DNA from: an uncultured Candidatus Poseidoniales archaeon
Lineage (GTDB): Archaea; Thermoplasmatota; Poseidoniia; Poseidoniales; Thalassarchaeaceae
Assembly (NCBI GenBank): GCA_902514485.1
Contig: CABXQY010000003.1
Coordinates: 1-50,282, forward strand
Length of the DNA stretch: 50,282 nt
Direction: 5' to 3'
Shown: positions 19,886 through 28,489 of the stretch, in pieces
How positions within the stretch are numbered: position 1 is the stretch's first letter
Layout of the letters: every line of letters starts with the position of its first letter
The notes under the pieces: model-generated
What the model was told of the DNA's origin: nothing
What the model saw: the letters and a program-made list of their open reading frames with translations, nothing else
Database searches by the model: none
Translations under genes and position numbers: made by a program

Positions 19886-20339
19886 CCGCTCCCGAAAAGC
19901 TGTAAAATGAAACTAATGTTTGCGTATGGCCTACTCCTTCAATATTTGATAATTGATCGAGTATGGAATCTCCTAAATTAGCCATATCTTTTGCCACCAC
20001 TTCGACAATAAAATCCCACTGCCCCGTAACAATATGAAGTCCGACAACAAATGGCATTTTACAAATCTCTTCAGCGACAAAACGCCGATCAATTTCATCT
20101 CTCTGTCCGACCCAATTAGCCAATATAAAACCGTGAAGCGGCCAACCCAATTCTTTACGATTTACTTCCACAGTAAATTTATCGATTATATTCCTCTCTT
20201 GTAATCTTCTAATCCTATCATGTACAGTAACTCTCGGCATATCTAGGGCATCGGCAATTGCTTGAGTCGTCGCTCTAGAGTCTTGATTTAGCATTTTTAG
20301 AATACCTGCATCTTTAGCATCTAAATTAGAAAAAGGCAT
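19869..20339 (-). CDS. Lrp/AsnC family transcriptional regulator
   Basis: N-terminal HTH (D..IL..L..DSR...IA..L.....TVHDRIRRL) and RAM domain with VTGQWDF. Divergent from a PLP enzyme gene. Confidence 0.93.
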   Translation of the reverse strand: MPFSNLDAKDAGILKMLNQDSRATTQAIADALDMPRVTVHDRIRRLQERNIIDKFTVEVNRKELGWPLHGFILANWVGQRDEIDRRFVAEEICKMPFVVGLHIVTGQWDFIVEVVAKDMANLGDSILDQLSNIEGVGHTQTLVSFYSFSGAAKSLG

Positions 20340-20373
20340 AATTAACGGAATTACCCCCTACTCTTAATATTTC

Positions 20374-20436
20374 CGTCATAAAGTCGGCAAATGTCTCTCT
20401 AACCGTCATTTTTTCGACAACAACGATTTTTATTCG
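20374..20436. promoter_or_regulatory. Three phased 13-bp candidate Lrp-binding sites (CG-N9-CG with A/T centre)
   Basis: CGTCATAAAGTCG (20374), CGTCATTTTTTCG (20404) and CGATTTTTATTCG (20424). A TATA-like TTTATC at 20449 lies 25 bp before ATG 20474. Confidence 0.6.
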
Positions 20437-20473
20437 CCGTTTAGTTGATTTATCAATACCCCTTCCGACATAC

Positions 20474-21676
20474 ATGGCAAGTGATGAAACCGACAAAAAG
20501 TTTGCAACCAAAGCAGTACATTCAGGAACAAATCCAATAGGAGGTGGTGTAAATACCCCCGTTTTCCTTTCATCTACTTATCACTTAACAGATGAGAGAT
20601 ATGCTGGTTGGGCGGCAGGTGCTCAGCACGCAATGCTCTACGCTAGGTTATCCAGTGTTAATTCCGAAGCTGTTGCTGCAAAATTAGTTGCAATGGAAGG
20701 TGCTGAAGACGGAGAAACTTTTGCCAGTGGAATGGCGGCAGTATCAACCACTTTGCTCGGATTGTTATCTAGTGGAGATCATGTAATAGCCAGCCCCGAT
20801 GTATATGGGGGAACTTATGGCCTACTAACAGAAGACCTACCTCGTTTTGGCATAGAAGTCACGATGGCAGATATGCGCGACCCTTCTTCATATGAGGCTG
20901 CAATCCAAGAAAATACCAAAATGATATATGTCGAAACAATATCTAATCCCGTTCTGAAAGTTTGTGATTTAGATGCTATGGCAGAAATAGCAAAGAAAAA
21001 CAATCTCATCTCTGTTGTTGATAATACATTTGCATCTCCTTGGGGGTGTAATCCTGTAGAACATGGTTTTGATTTAGTAATACACTCAGGAACTAAATAT
21101 TTAGGGGGGCATTCAGATTTAATAGCTGGATTTGTCGTAGGTAAGAAAGATTTAGTTGCACAAATATTCCCGAAGAAAGTACACTTTGGAGGTGCAGCCG
21201 ATCCCCATATGTGCTATCTGTTAGAAAGAGGTATGAGGACTTTACATGCACGAATGCCAATACACGTATCAAATGCGGCCGAGTTAGCAAAGAGACTCTC
21301 TCAACACCCAATGATTCACAGTGTAAATCATATTTCTTTACCGGATTATGATGATTATGAATTAGCAAAGAAAATAATTCCCAAAGGAAATGGTATGTTA
21401 GCTTATGTGGTGAAGGGTGGCGATGCAGCCGCTCTAAAATTCATGAAATCTTTGAAAATAACACTAGAAGCAACAAGTCTTGGAGGTGTAGAGACTCTTG
21501 TTGAATGCCCATTTAATTCGAGCCATATGTTCGTACCAGAAGAAGTTAGGATGGAAGCAGGAGTAATCCCTGGCTTCGTTCGAATGAGCGTTGGTATCGA
21601 AGATGTGGAAGATATCTGGAACGACATCGAGCAAGCATTACTTGCAGCAGGTGTAGAGTTAGAATCCCGTGCTTAA
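20474..21676 (+). CDS. PLP-dependent trans-sulfuration enzyme (methionine gamma-lyase/cystathionine gamma-synthase family)
   Basis: Motifs FASGMAA, YGGT, ETISNP, VDNTFASP, HSGTKYLGGHSD (PLP lysine), SLGGVE and RMSVGIE. Confidence 0.92.
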   Translation: MASDETDKKFATKAVHSGTNPIGGGVNTPVFLSSTYHLTDERYAGWAAGAQHAMLYARLSSVNSEAVAAKLVAMEGAEDGETFASGMAAVSTTLLGLLSSGDHVIASPDVYGGTYGLLTEDLPRFGIEVTMADMRDPSSYEAAIQENTKMIYVETISNPVLKVCDLDAMAEIAKKNNLISVVDNTFASPWGCNPVEHGFDLVIHSGTKYLGGHSDLIAGFVVGKKDLVAQIFPKKVHFGGAADPHMCYLLERGMRTLHARMPIHVSNAAELAKRLSQHPMIHSVNHISLPDYDDYELAKKIIPKGNGMLAYVVKGGDAAALKFMKSLKITLEATSLGGVETLVECPFNSSHMFVPEEVRMEAGVIPGFVRMSVGIEDVEDIWNDIEQALLAAGVELESRA

Positions 21677-22282
21677 GTGATCTCAATGGAAACAGATTTG
21701 CTAATTGCTGCTCTAGTTTTTATTGTGCCAATGTGTTTTACCCCTGGTCCCAATAATGTTCTTTGTGCAGCACATGGTTCGCAGTATGGTTTTCGAAATA
21801 CATTACCTTTGATTATGGGTATGGCAATAGGTTGGTCTACACTGGGGTTATTTGTCGGCGGTGCAACTGTTTTTATAGAAAAAAACCAGTCTTTTTTTGA
21901 TATATTAACATACGTTGGGGCAGGATATATTGCATATCTTGGTTACAAAGTCTGGCAATCTTCTCCTTTGTCTGAAGATGAAAAAGAAAGCTCCAGGTTA
22001 GGGATAAGAACAGGATCTATTATTCAAATAGTCAATGGAAAAGCATGGATACATTTCTTAGTTTTAATGACTCAATTTGGCCATCTGTTCGGAGCAACCT
22101 TTGCTGCCAAGGCAATGCTTGTTCTTCTAAATTTACTTTTTGGGCTCCCAGCAGTAATGTCATGGGCTGCATTCGGGACTCAGTTGAGGAAGTTATTTTC
22201 TACACCTAAATCCGCTAAATTACTAAACAGAATTATGGGTTCTTCTTTACTAGCTGTAGCAATTTGGATAGTATTGGCCTAA
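21677..22282 (+). CDS. LysE family translocator (cysteine/O-acetylserine exporter-like)
   Basis: Motifs TPGPNN and QIVNGKAW, about 6 TM helices. Directly abuts the PLP enzyme stop codon; alternative start ATG 21686. Confidence 0.85.
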   Translation: MISMETDLLIAALVFIVPMCFTPGPNNVLCAAHGSQYGFRNTLPLIMGMAIGWSTLGLFVGGATVFIEKNQSFFDILTYVGAGYIAYLGYKVWQSSPLSEDEKESSRLGIRTGSIIQIVNGKAWIHFLVLMTQFGHLFGATFAAKAMLVLLNLLFGLPAVMSWAAFGTQLRKLFSTPKSAKLLNRIMGSSLLAVAIWIVLA

Positions 22283-22291
22283 AAATTTAAT

Positions 22292-23989
22292 TTATGGTTT
22301 AGATAATTTCCCTGCACCTGATATTTCTGCGAGTTTCTCCATAGCAACAATGTAATCCTTTCTAGCATCTTTTTGATTATGCAGTAATATTTTTTCTGCA
22401 GAATCCCATAGCATCTTTAGAGCCGGAACCCAATCACTCCCCTTGTCTCGTGAAGACGAATCGAATCTCCAGGCATCTGACTCGGTTCTATCGTGAACAA
22501 CCAACCAAGCCCAACCCATGGATGATTCTAAACCACTGCCTTTTCTAGCCATTGAAACCGTAGAAGCGATTCCATGATCTCCTGCTTTTCGAATTAATTT
22601 ATCTGCAAAGTTTAGAGGTACTGGTAACTCATTTGTCTTCCATGGTAATAAATCGAGTTTTTTAGCAGTAGAAAGATTCGCATCTAATTCTCTTAAAAAG
22701 GCGCCAAAACCTTGCTTTCTCTGTAACTGTTTTTTGTAAATTAAATCCGCTTTTTCACCGTTTAAATCGAACATTTTTTCAAGAACAACCATTCCATATT
22801 CTTCCCATAAAGAAACCAGTAGGGGGTGGCATGAACTTTCCTCAAATCTCACAACATCGTCTTCCAAATCGAAAGTTTGACCATCTTGTCTGACGTGTAT
22901 CCCAGAATCCAAATTATCTAGTATCGTTGAAATTGCCTCTTTTTCATTCTCACTACCTGACAAATATTCTAATAATTCATTTTTACCTTCACTATCAAAC
23001 CAATTATTTCCACATACATAACCGTCTTCTATGGAATTGAGAATACTGATTCTACATTCCCTAGCTAAAACTGAATCGTCCAAAGTCATAGACATCCAAG
23101 CCAAAATTATTTCCTCTAATTTTTCCAACCCCTTTGGAGGTAGAGGTTTGTCTTCGGGCCATCCAGTCGGTCTCCAAATCCATTCTGCCTCTACAATTTC
23201 AGAAATTTTAGGAGGAAGCATTGTTAATGCAATCGAGGGAATAAAAGCCTCATCGGGTTTTGAGAGAGAACTTTGTGACAATCCTGCAACGACCCCATTC
23301 TGAAATGTAATTTTCAACCATCCTGAGTCAGTGAACATTTCATTAGTAACAGTTTCTTCATCTAGACCTTTAGACCACCTTATTTCGTCACCGGAGAACT
23401 TTATTGATGCATTATTTAGGGCGGATTCAATCCAGTCATCTGGAGCTAAAGGGGATAATCCGGTGTATTCAAATCCGTTTTTCCAAGAGAAAAACCAATG
23501 TCCAGATTTTGCATGATCATCCCAAACTAATAATCTGAGTTTATGATTATTAAAATTCTGAATGCCTGCTTGATGCGATTGTTTGCCATTACCTCTTCTA
23601 ATGAAACTAGATGACCCATAAACCGGATTGTTGAACACAGATACGGTGGAATGATCCCCATCTAATGCAGCTAACAGACTTCCAGCTAATGAGCGAGATA
23701 TCACGCAACCTCTTCTCTTCACCATTCTTTTTGCTAACCATCTTCTGTCGTGTCTCTTTGATGCAACATAGTCTATTTCTTTCAAACTAGCAGCCATCAT
23801 ATCTCTTCGAGGTTTTCCTAAATTAACATTTATTTTTGGTAGAAATATCAAAGGGTCTTCTATTAGCGAATCTAAATCTTTTTCTAACCTTTCTTGAATC
23901 TGTTTAGATGCTTGTTTTATGCCCCTCACTCGTACTTTTTTTCTGCGATTTTTATCGCCAGGAAAACTAACTTCAGCGGGACCTGCCAT
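22292..23989 (-). CDS. Hypothetical protein
   Basis: Long uninterrupted ORF downstream of dph5 with no motif recognised. Start uncertain: ATG 23989 avoids overlap, the ORF track gives 24064. Confidence 0.75.
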   Translation of the reverse strand: MAGPAEVSFPGDKNRRKKVRVRGIKQASKQIQERLEKDLDSLIEDPLIFLPKINVNLGKPRRDMMAASLKEIDYVASKRHDRRWLAKRMVKRRGCVISRSLAGSLLAALDGDHSTVSVFNNPVYGSSSFIRRGNGKQSHQAGIQNFNNHKLRLLVWDDHAKSGHWFFSWKNGFEYTGLSPLAPDDWIESALNNASIKFSGDEIRWSKGLDEETVTNEMFTDSGWLKITFQNGVVAGLSQSSLSKPDEAFIPSIALTMLPPKISEIVEAEWIWRPTGWPEDKPLPPKGLEKLEEIILAWMSMTLDDSVLARECRISILNSIEDGYVCGNNWFDSEGKNELLEYLSGSENEKEAISTILDNLDSGIHVRQDGQTFDLEDDVVRFEESSCHPLLVSLWEEYGMVVLEKMFDLNGEKADLIYKKQLQRKQGFGAFLRELDANLSTAKKLDLLPWKTNELPVPLNFADKLIRKAGDHGIASTVSMARKGSGLESSMGWAWLVVHDRTESDAWRFDSSSRDKGSDWVPALKMLWDSAEKILLHNQKDARKDYIVAMEKLAEISGAGKLSKP

Positions 23990-24041
23990 ATTATACAAAC
24001 TAGCGAAACGATTCCTACCCTTGAGTTCGTCGATTAAAGGT

Positions 24042-24863
24042 TCAACCATTCTTCCTTCTTTCAAAGGCCTCTAACTCATTGTCATTCATATCCGACGGTA
24101 TAATCATACAGTGTATCCACCCATCTTTTAATTTAGAAAGTTGAGAAAGATTTCCCGCCCTAACTTTCTCCTCTTCCATAGAGATATCAGTCAATAAAAT
24201 CCCATTCCATTCATCGACCGGTTTTTTTAATATTTCAAATGTTGAAGTTTCTTGCAAAATTTTATTCGCCATCTTTGTTAGGAGGGCGATTGCCTCGGCT
24301 GGCTTCATTGGCGTTGGATTGACCACCCCCATTCCAGTTGGGTCCAAATCTAATAATACAAGTGTGTGTAATTTATTTTCATAATTTTTACAAATCATTT
24401 CCAGAGGTGAATGCGGCAAGTATTCACCGTAAGAAAAAGGAATGGTGACTTGTCTTCCAAATCGATACGATTGTAATCCAGATAGAGATACTGCAAGCGC
24501 CGTCGCAGTGATTCCGGGAACTACATTAAAATTAATTCCCAATTCATCACATCTTGCTTCTAAATCGACATGCGTCGTTGCTTGCATAGGATCTCCTACG
24601 ATTAAAAGAGCAACGGGGATTTCTTTGGCCATTTTCAACAATTCATCTGGGTTTTCTATATCGGGCCTCATCATCCGTTCCCATTTTCCTATCACAGACT
24701 CTAGTCTTTCTTCTTGTTTTGGAGGTAAAATTGCAGTATAACCTTCTAAATAACGCCTAGAACATGACTTTGCAATATCACTAGCATACTTACTCATGTA
24801 GTCTAAATTACCTGGTCCTAGCCCTACAAGCCAAAGGCCCGCTGGCAAACCTGTCTCCGTCAT
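24042..24863 (-). CDS. dph5: Diphthine synthase
   Basis: Motifs LWLVGLG, YLEGYT, GDPMQATTH, GLQSYRFGRQVTIPF and LHTLVLLD. Confidence 0.93.
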   Translation of the reverse strand: MTETGLPAGLWLVGLGPGNLDYMSKYASDIAKSCSRRYLEGYTAILPPKQEERLESVIGKWERMMRPDIENPDELLKMAKEIPVALLIVGDPMQATTHVDLEARCDELGINFNVVPGITATALAVSLSGLQSYRFGRQVTIPFSYGEYLPHSPLEMICKNYENKLHTLVLLDLDPTGMGVVNPTPMKPAEAIALLTKMANKILQETSTFEILKKPVDEWNGILLTDISMEEEKVRAGNLSQLSKLKDGWIHCMIIPSDMNDNELEAFERRKNG

Positions 24864-24897
24864 GGTGAAGCGTCCTAGCCTTCTGCACATGATGAAC

Positions 24898-26079
24898 ATG
24901 ATGCGGCACTTGTTAGTACCGAATAGGAAAGTAGAGGATATTCTCTCTTTGATTATGGAGAATAATTGGTTGGCCGAAGGACAGAGAATTTTCTCATCAG
25001 ATGACGGTTTTTCTAGACTAATCCCCCTCTCACCTTCGGCAGATGCTGATCTTCCGAAATCATTTTCCGACTTTGAAATAATAATTTGTGAGGGGAAATT
25101 GGATGAAAGAGTAGATACTGATTGGTGGAACCATTTAACAGAATTACTCGGTAAAGAAGTAGTATCAAAATACCAAGAATCATGGCCATCTTCTCATGAA
25201 TTTTTAGGAGATATGATGGTAGTCAGGATAAATGATGACATTAAGTCATATACGTCGGAAATCGCGAGAGCCAAACTCCTCGCCCATCCGTCGATAAGAT
25301 TGATATTATCTGATGGGGGCGTAATGGGGGAATTCCGGATTAGAGAACTAGAGGTGATTGGAGGTAGAAAAGAATCGACAATATATACTGAAAGGATTCC
25401 CTCTGAAATCAAGAGTACTAAAGTTCTGATCAAAGAATCCGGAAGATATATTTCTTGTGACCCAAAAGTTGCCTATTACTCCACTAAACTTCAAACAGAA
25501 AGGCTGGAAACTCTTGGTTTCGCCAAAGAATTGCGCGCCGAACTAAATCGTCCATTATCAATATGTGATCCATTTTGTGGAGTTGGTCCCGCTTTATCTA
25601 CATTGATTGCCGAAGAAGACTTAGTCGGTGACCTACTTGCTTCCGATTTGAATTCAGCAGCCGTAGAATTATTATTCGAGAATCTTCAAAGATGGGACAA
25701 AAGAGATTATCCTATTGAATCCGGAAATCTTCAGCGGTATTATGATGATAGAATAGTTGGATTGGCCGATGCTACAAAGATTTCCTTGAATCCTGAGTAT
25801 GCCGGAAAGTGGGATTTATTATTAGTCAATTTACCACATAGAACAGTAGAATTCCTTCCCAAGTTAGTGCCTTTACTTAATCGAACTAACACTTCAATGA
25901 TACGGGGTAGAGTAATAGTTGCCGAATCCGAAATCCCCTTAGTAAATCAAAAAATTAATCAAATCCTTCCTACCCTTGCGGCCGGTAAACCGAAGCCCGA
26001 GTTAAAAATCAAGAGAGATTATAGTAGTGCATTACGACTGTGTTCATTCGAAGCATGGATTGAGAAAGATACCATATAA
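24898..26079 (+). CDS. Trm5/Taw2 (Met-10+-like) class I SAM-dependent tRNA modification enzyme, divergent
   Basis: Motifs HEFLGD, GEFRIREL, KESG...YYSTKLQTER, DPFCGVGP, DLN and VNLP. Exact start among several in-frame ATGs is uncertain. Confidence 0.75.
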   Translation: MMRHLLVPNRKVEDILSLIMENNWLAEGQRIFSSDDGFSRLIPLSPSADADLPKSFSDFEIIICEGKLDERVDTDWWNHLTELLGKEVVSKYQESWPSSHEFLGDMMVVRINDDIKSYTSEIARAKLLAHPSIRLILSDGGVMGEFRIRELEVIGGRKESTIYTERIPSEIKSTKVLIKESGRYISCDPKVAYYSTKLQTERLETLGFAKELRAELNRPLSICDPFCGVGPALSTLIAEEDLVGDLLASDLNSAAVELLFENLQRWDKRDYPIESGNLQRYYDDRIVGLADATKISLNPEYAGKWDLLLVNLPHRTVEFLPKLVPLLNRTNTSMIRGRVIVAESEIPLVNQKINQILPTLAAGKPKPELKIKRDYSSALRLCSFEAWIEKDTI

Positions 26080-26140
26080 CAGATTCTTAGTCCAATGGTG
26101 ACCCCCTACATCATATATATCTCTTAATTCAGTCATGTTA

Positions 26141-26875
26141 TCAACTCTCTATTCTTTTTTGCGAAATAATCTTTCCTGAACCTAGTTCAAAAGCTGAAAT
26201 TCTTGGATTCGCATCTCTCTGGAGATATACTCCTGTATCGATTCCAATAGCAGAAGGCCTACCATCTTCGAGTAATTTCTTACTAATCCAAACCCTATGG
26301 TCGTCAAAAATTCCATAATTCTGAACAATGGTGTGGCCAACAATTACAGTTCTTTTTAGGTCAAATGGATAATTTACTGTAAAAATATCCCTTGACCAAA
26401 GCCTCTCATTATCTGTCTGTTGATCTAGACTCGCCATATAAGGCATATCGCAATATCCTGCATGAACTAATCTAAATTTATCTAATATGATTTCAGTAGG
26501 CAGTAAAGAAATAAATTTTCTAATTCTCTGCATTTCCTCTCTTGATAATGACTTTATCGAAGACCAAAACCCAGTTTCGGAATAATTTCCAAAACCATCA
26601 GTCTTCAGCCAATCCATCAGCAGCATTTCTTCATGGTTCCCTTTCAATGAATACAGGTTATCTTCATACATAAATAAATTTACAACGCCCACACTATCTG
26701 GGCCTCTATCTACCATATCTCCCAGACAAATTGCAATATCTTCCAATCCCAAACTAAGATTATCTATCAAGGATTCCAAAGTTTCTTTATATCCGTGAAT
26801 ATCGCCAATAATCCAAACTTTATTTCCGGAATCTAAGACATTTTGAATTTTTTTTTCTAACCGCCTATTCCTCAT
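26141..26875 (-). CDS. Metallophosphoesterase, PPP-type Ser/Thr protein phosphatase (PrpA/lambda-PP-like)
   Basis: Motifs GDIHG, GDMVDRGPDS, GNHE, VHAG, GHT and IDTG. Confidence 0.9.
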   Translation of the reverse strand: MRNRRLEKKIQNVLDSGNKVWIIGDIHGYKETLESLIDNLSLGLEDIAICLGDMVDRGPDSVGVVNLFMYEDNLYSLKGNHEEMLLMDWLKTDGFGNYSETGFWSSIKSLSREEMQRIRKFISLLPTEIILDKFRLVHAGYCDMPYMASLDQQTDNERLWSRDIFTVNYPFDLKRTVIVGHTIVQNYGIFDDHRVWISKKLLEDGRPSAIGIDTGVYLQRDANPRISAFELGSGKIISQKRIES

Positions 26876-27210
26876 TCTCCATCTCCTTTTTCAGAATTAG
26901 TAATTTTATCGGAAGGAATGATCCCAAGTTCGGGCCAAATCATCTCTTTATCCAATGTCCAACCACAATATAATGCCGACATTCCTGAAGACCAAACACT
27001 AAGAATATCCCAACGGCCTGATACACTAAATTTCCTGTAATATTCTGAAATTATTGTTATTCTTACACCCCAGTCATCAGTATTAATTTCGACAATTCCT
27101 GGAAATTGTTGCATTCTTTCTTGAAACCACATTTCAGTTCCATTCCATGATTGTACAAGAGATTCAAACAGTTCTCTTTTTTCTTTGATTTTTATTTCTT
27201 CACTCATCAT
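26872..27210 (-). CDS. Hypothetical Trp-rich protein
   Basis: ATGA start/stop overlaps with both neighbours. No recognised motif. Confidence 0.7.
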   Translation of the reverse strand: MMSEEIKIKEKRELFESLVQSWNGTEMWFQERMQQFPGIVEINTDDWGVRITIISEYYRKFSVSGRWDILSVWSSGMSALYCGWTLDKEMIWPELGIIPSDKITNSEKGDGE

Positions 27211-27368
27211 TCCCACCCCTTTGAACTTAGTTCGGCTGAGAATGCCTTGTCCAGTGTACGTTGACAGGCAGGTGGATTTTTACATACATACTTGAGATCC
27301 GACCCTCGATGGAAGTTACAGGCCTTGTTCCAGAAAGCAATAGCTTCGGGTATAGAATAGGGACACAT
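27207..27368 (-). CDS. Small Cys-rich hypothetical protein (53 aa), absent from the ORF track
   Basis: MCPYSIPEAIAFWNKACNFHRGSDLKYVCKNPPACQRTLDKAFSAELSSKGWE. Its ATG follows the upstream TGA directly and is preceded by GGAGGTG; its stop overlaps the next ATG. Confidence 0.7.
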   Translation of the reverse strand: MCPYSIPEAIAFWNKACNFHRGSDLKYVCKNPPACQRTLDKAFSAELSSKGWE

Positions 27369-27764
27369 TCAAGCCACCTCCGGCCCAGGTTCTTCGACAG
27401 GAGGGGCGACAACATCTTCTACGGGAGCGTATGGCGTTACGACAGCATAGGGGTCTATCTGTAGATTAAGTCCTATTTTGTTGCAGGTCATTTTTATCAT
27501 AGCTAACACATGGTATGGAGTTTTATGGTCAACTACTGTGATTACCCTGAGGGTTTTTTCGTTCACTCTTTGTAGGGTGATGCCTGCGTCGTCCATGCGC
27601 CAGTATTGCCCATCGAGACACCCCATTTGTCTTAGTAGATATGACATATTTCCATTAGATAGGGCATACGTTTCTGCCTTCTCATTTAGTGTGGGCAAGC
27701 GTTCACTTACTGTCATCGTTTTGTTATTCTCTTCATCATTTTCTTCCATTTCTTTCATTATCAT
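27369..27764 (-). CDS. Hypothetical protein, paralogue B (of 28094-28489)
   Basis: AGGAGA SD upstream. Shares LPxLxE, ALSxxNxS, VVDH, PYxxVxPY and PGxEVA with 28094-28489. Confidence 0.8.
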   Translation of the reverse strand: MIMKEMEENDEENNKTMTVSERLPTLNEKAETYALSNGNMSYLLRQMGCLDGQYWRMDDAGITLQRVNEKTLRVITVVDHKTPYHVLAMIKMTCNKIGLNLQIDPYAVVTPYAPVEDVVAPPVEEPGPEVA

Positions 27765-27769
27765 TTTTT

Positions 27770-28093
27770 TTATCTCCTTTCCATATTTAATTGATAGTTA
27801 TACATTGTAGACCATACTTTTACTAAAGCATCATGATAATCATGATCACTCCGGCACTCATCCTTGAAACTCGTATATCCAACTTCTTGACCCAACTTTA
27901 ATAAAATCGGAAAAACCTTTTCTTTTTCTATTGTTATTCTAAATCTATAATCGGCCCAATCTATGACTTCTATGTCCATTTCTGGCCACAATATCTCTAG
28001 TGGTTCAACCACTCTTGATTTTACTTGAAAACAATCTTCAAGCGAGTTATGCTGCACTACACTAAAAAATCCATATTTTGTAAAAATCCACAT
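27770..28093 (-). CDS. Small hypothetical protein (MWIFT..GFFSVV / DYRFR / YxSFK type)
   Basis: Coupled TAA-ATG junction with a GGAGGTG SD. The motif pattern resembles small uncharacterised proteins I recall from bacteria and phages; not verified. Confidence 0.75.
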   Translation of the reverse strand: MWIFTKYGFFSVVQHNSLEDCFQVKSRVVEPLEILWPEMDIEVIDWADYRFRITIEKEKVFPILLKLGQEVGYTSFKDECRSDHDYHDALVKVWSTMYNYQLNMERR

Positions 28094-28489
28094 TTAAGCC
28101 ACCTCCAAGCCAGGCACACTCCCATTGTCATCTCCGGAGCCACCTTCTTCGACTGCTATGTATGGCATAACCAGTGTATAGGGGGCCAACTCTAACTCTA
28201 TGTTTGCAGCTTCGAAAGCCACCTTCATCACCATGAGGCCAGAAAAAGGCAACCAGTGGTCGACTACTGCTATGCACCTTACAGTATCTTCAGTTACCTT
28301 CTGTATGTGTACGCCCTCCACCCACAGCGTTTCACCAGTCCTGTACGCGTCCATGAACCCATGGGCCCAGGACAGGTTTTGGTGACTTAGCGCGGCCACG
28401 ACGTCTGCTTCGTCCAACTCTGGCAGGTCTCTTGGAACCTCTCGAGAGGCAGTCTCTTGCGTGTTGTTATTTTTATTACTTTCATTCAT
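28094..28489 (-). CDS. Hypothetical protein, paralogue A; first gene of the accessory operon
   Basis: AAGGAGA SD 7 nt before the ATG. GC-richer than its neighbours. Aligns with 27369-27764. Confidence 0.8.
   Translation of the reverse strand: MNESNKNNNTQETASREVPRDLPELDEADVVAALSHQNLSWAHGFMDAYRTGETLWVEGVHIQKVTEDTVRCIAVVDHWLPFSGLMVMKVAFEAANIELELAPYTLVMPYIAVEEGGSGDDNGSVPGLEVA

Noticed and set aside
26096-26110. TGGTGACCCC as a bona fide att site or tRNA fragment
   Set aside because: Only a 7/10 match to the tRNA-Asp end, with no T-arm sequence and no integrase. Too weak to call a mobile element feature.
27227-27464. ORF-track calls 27227-27415 (-) and 27261-27464 (+)
   Set aside because: They overlap paralogue B. 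The alternative frame 27207-27368 has an SD and exact coupling on both sides.
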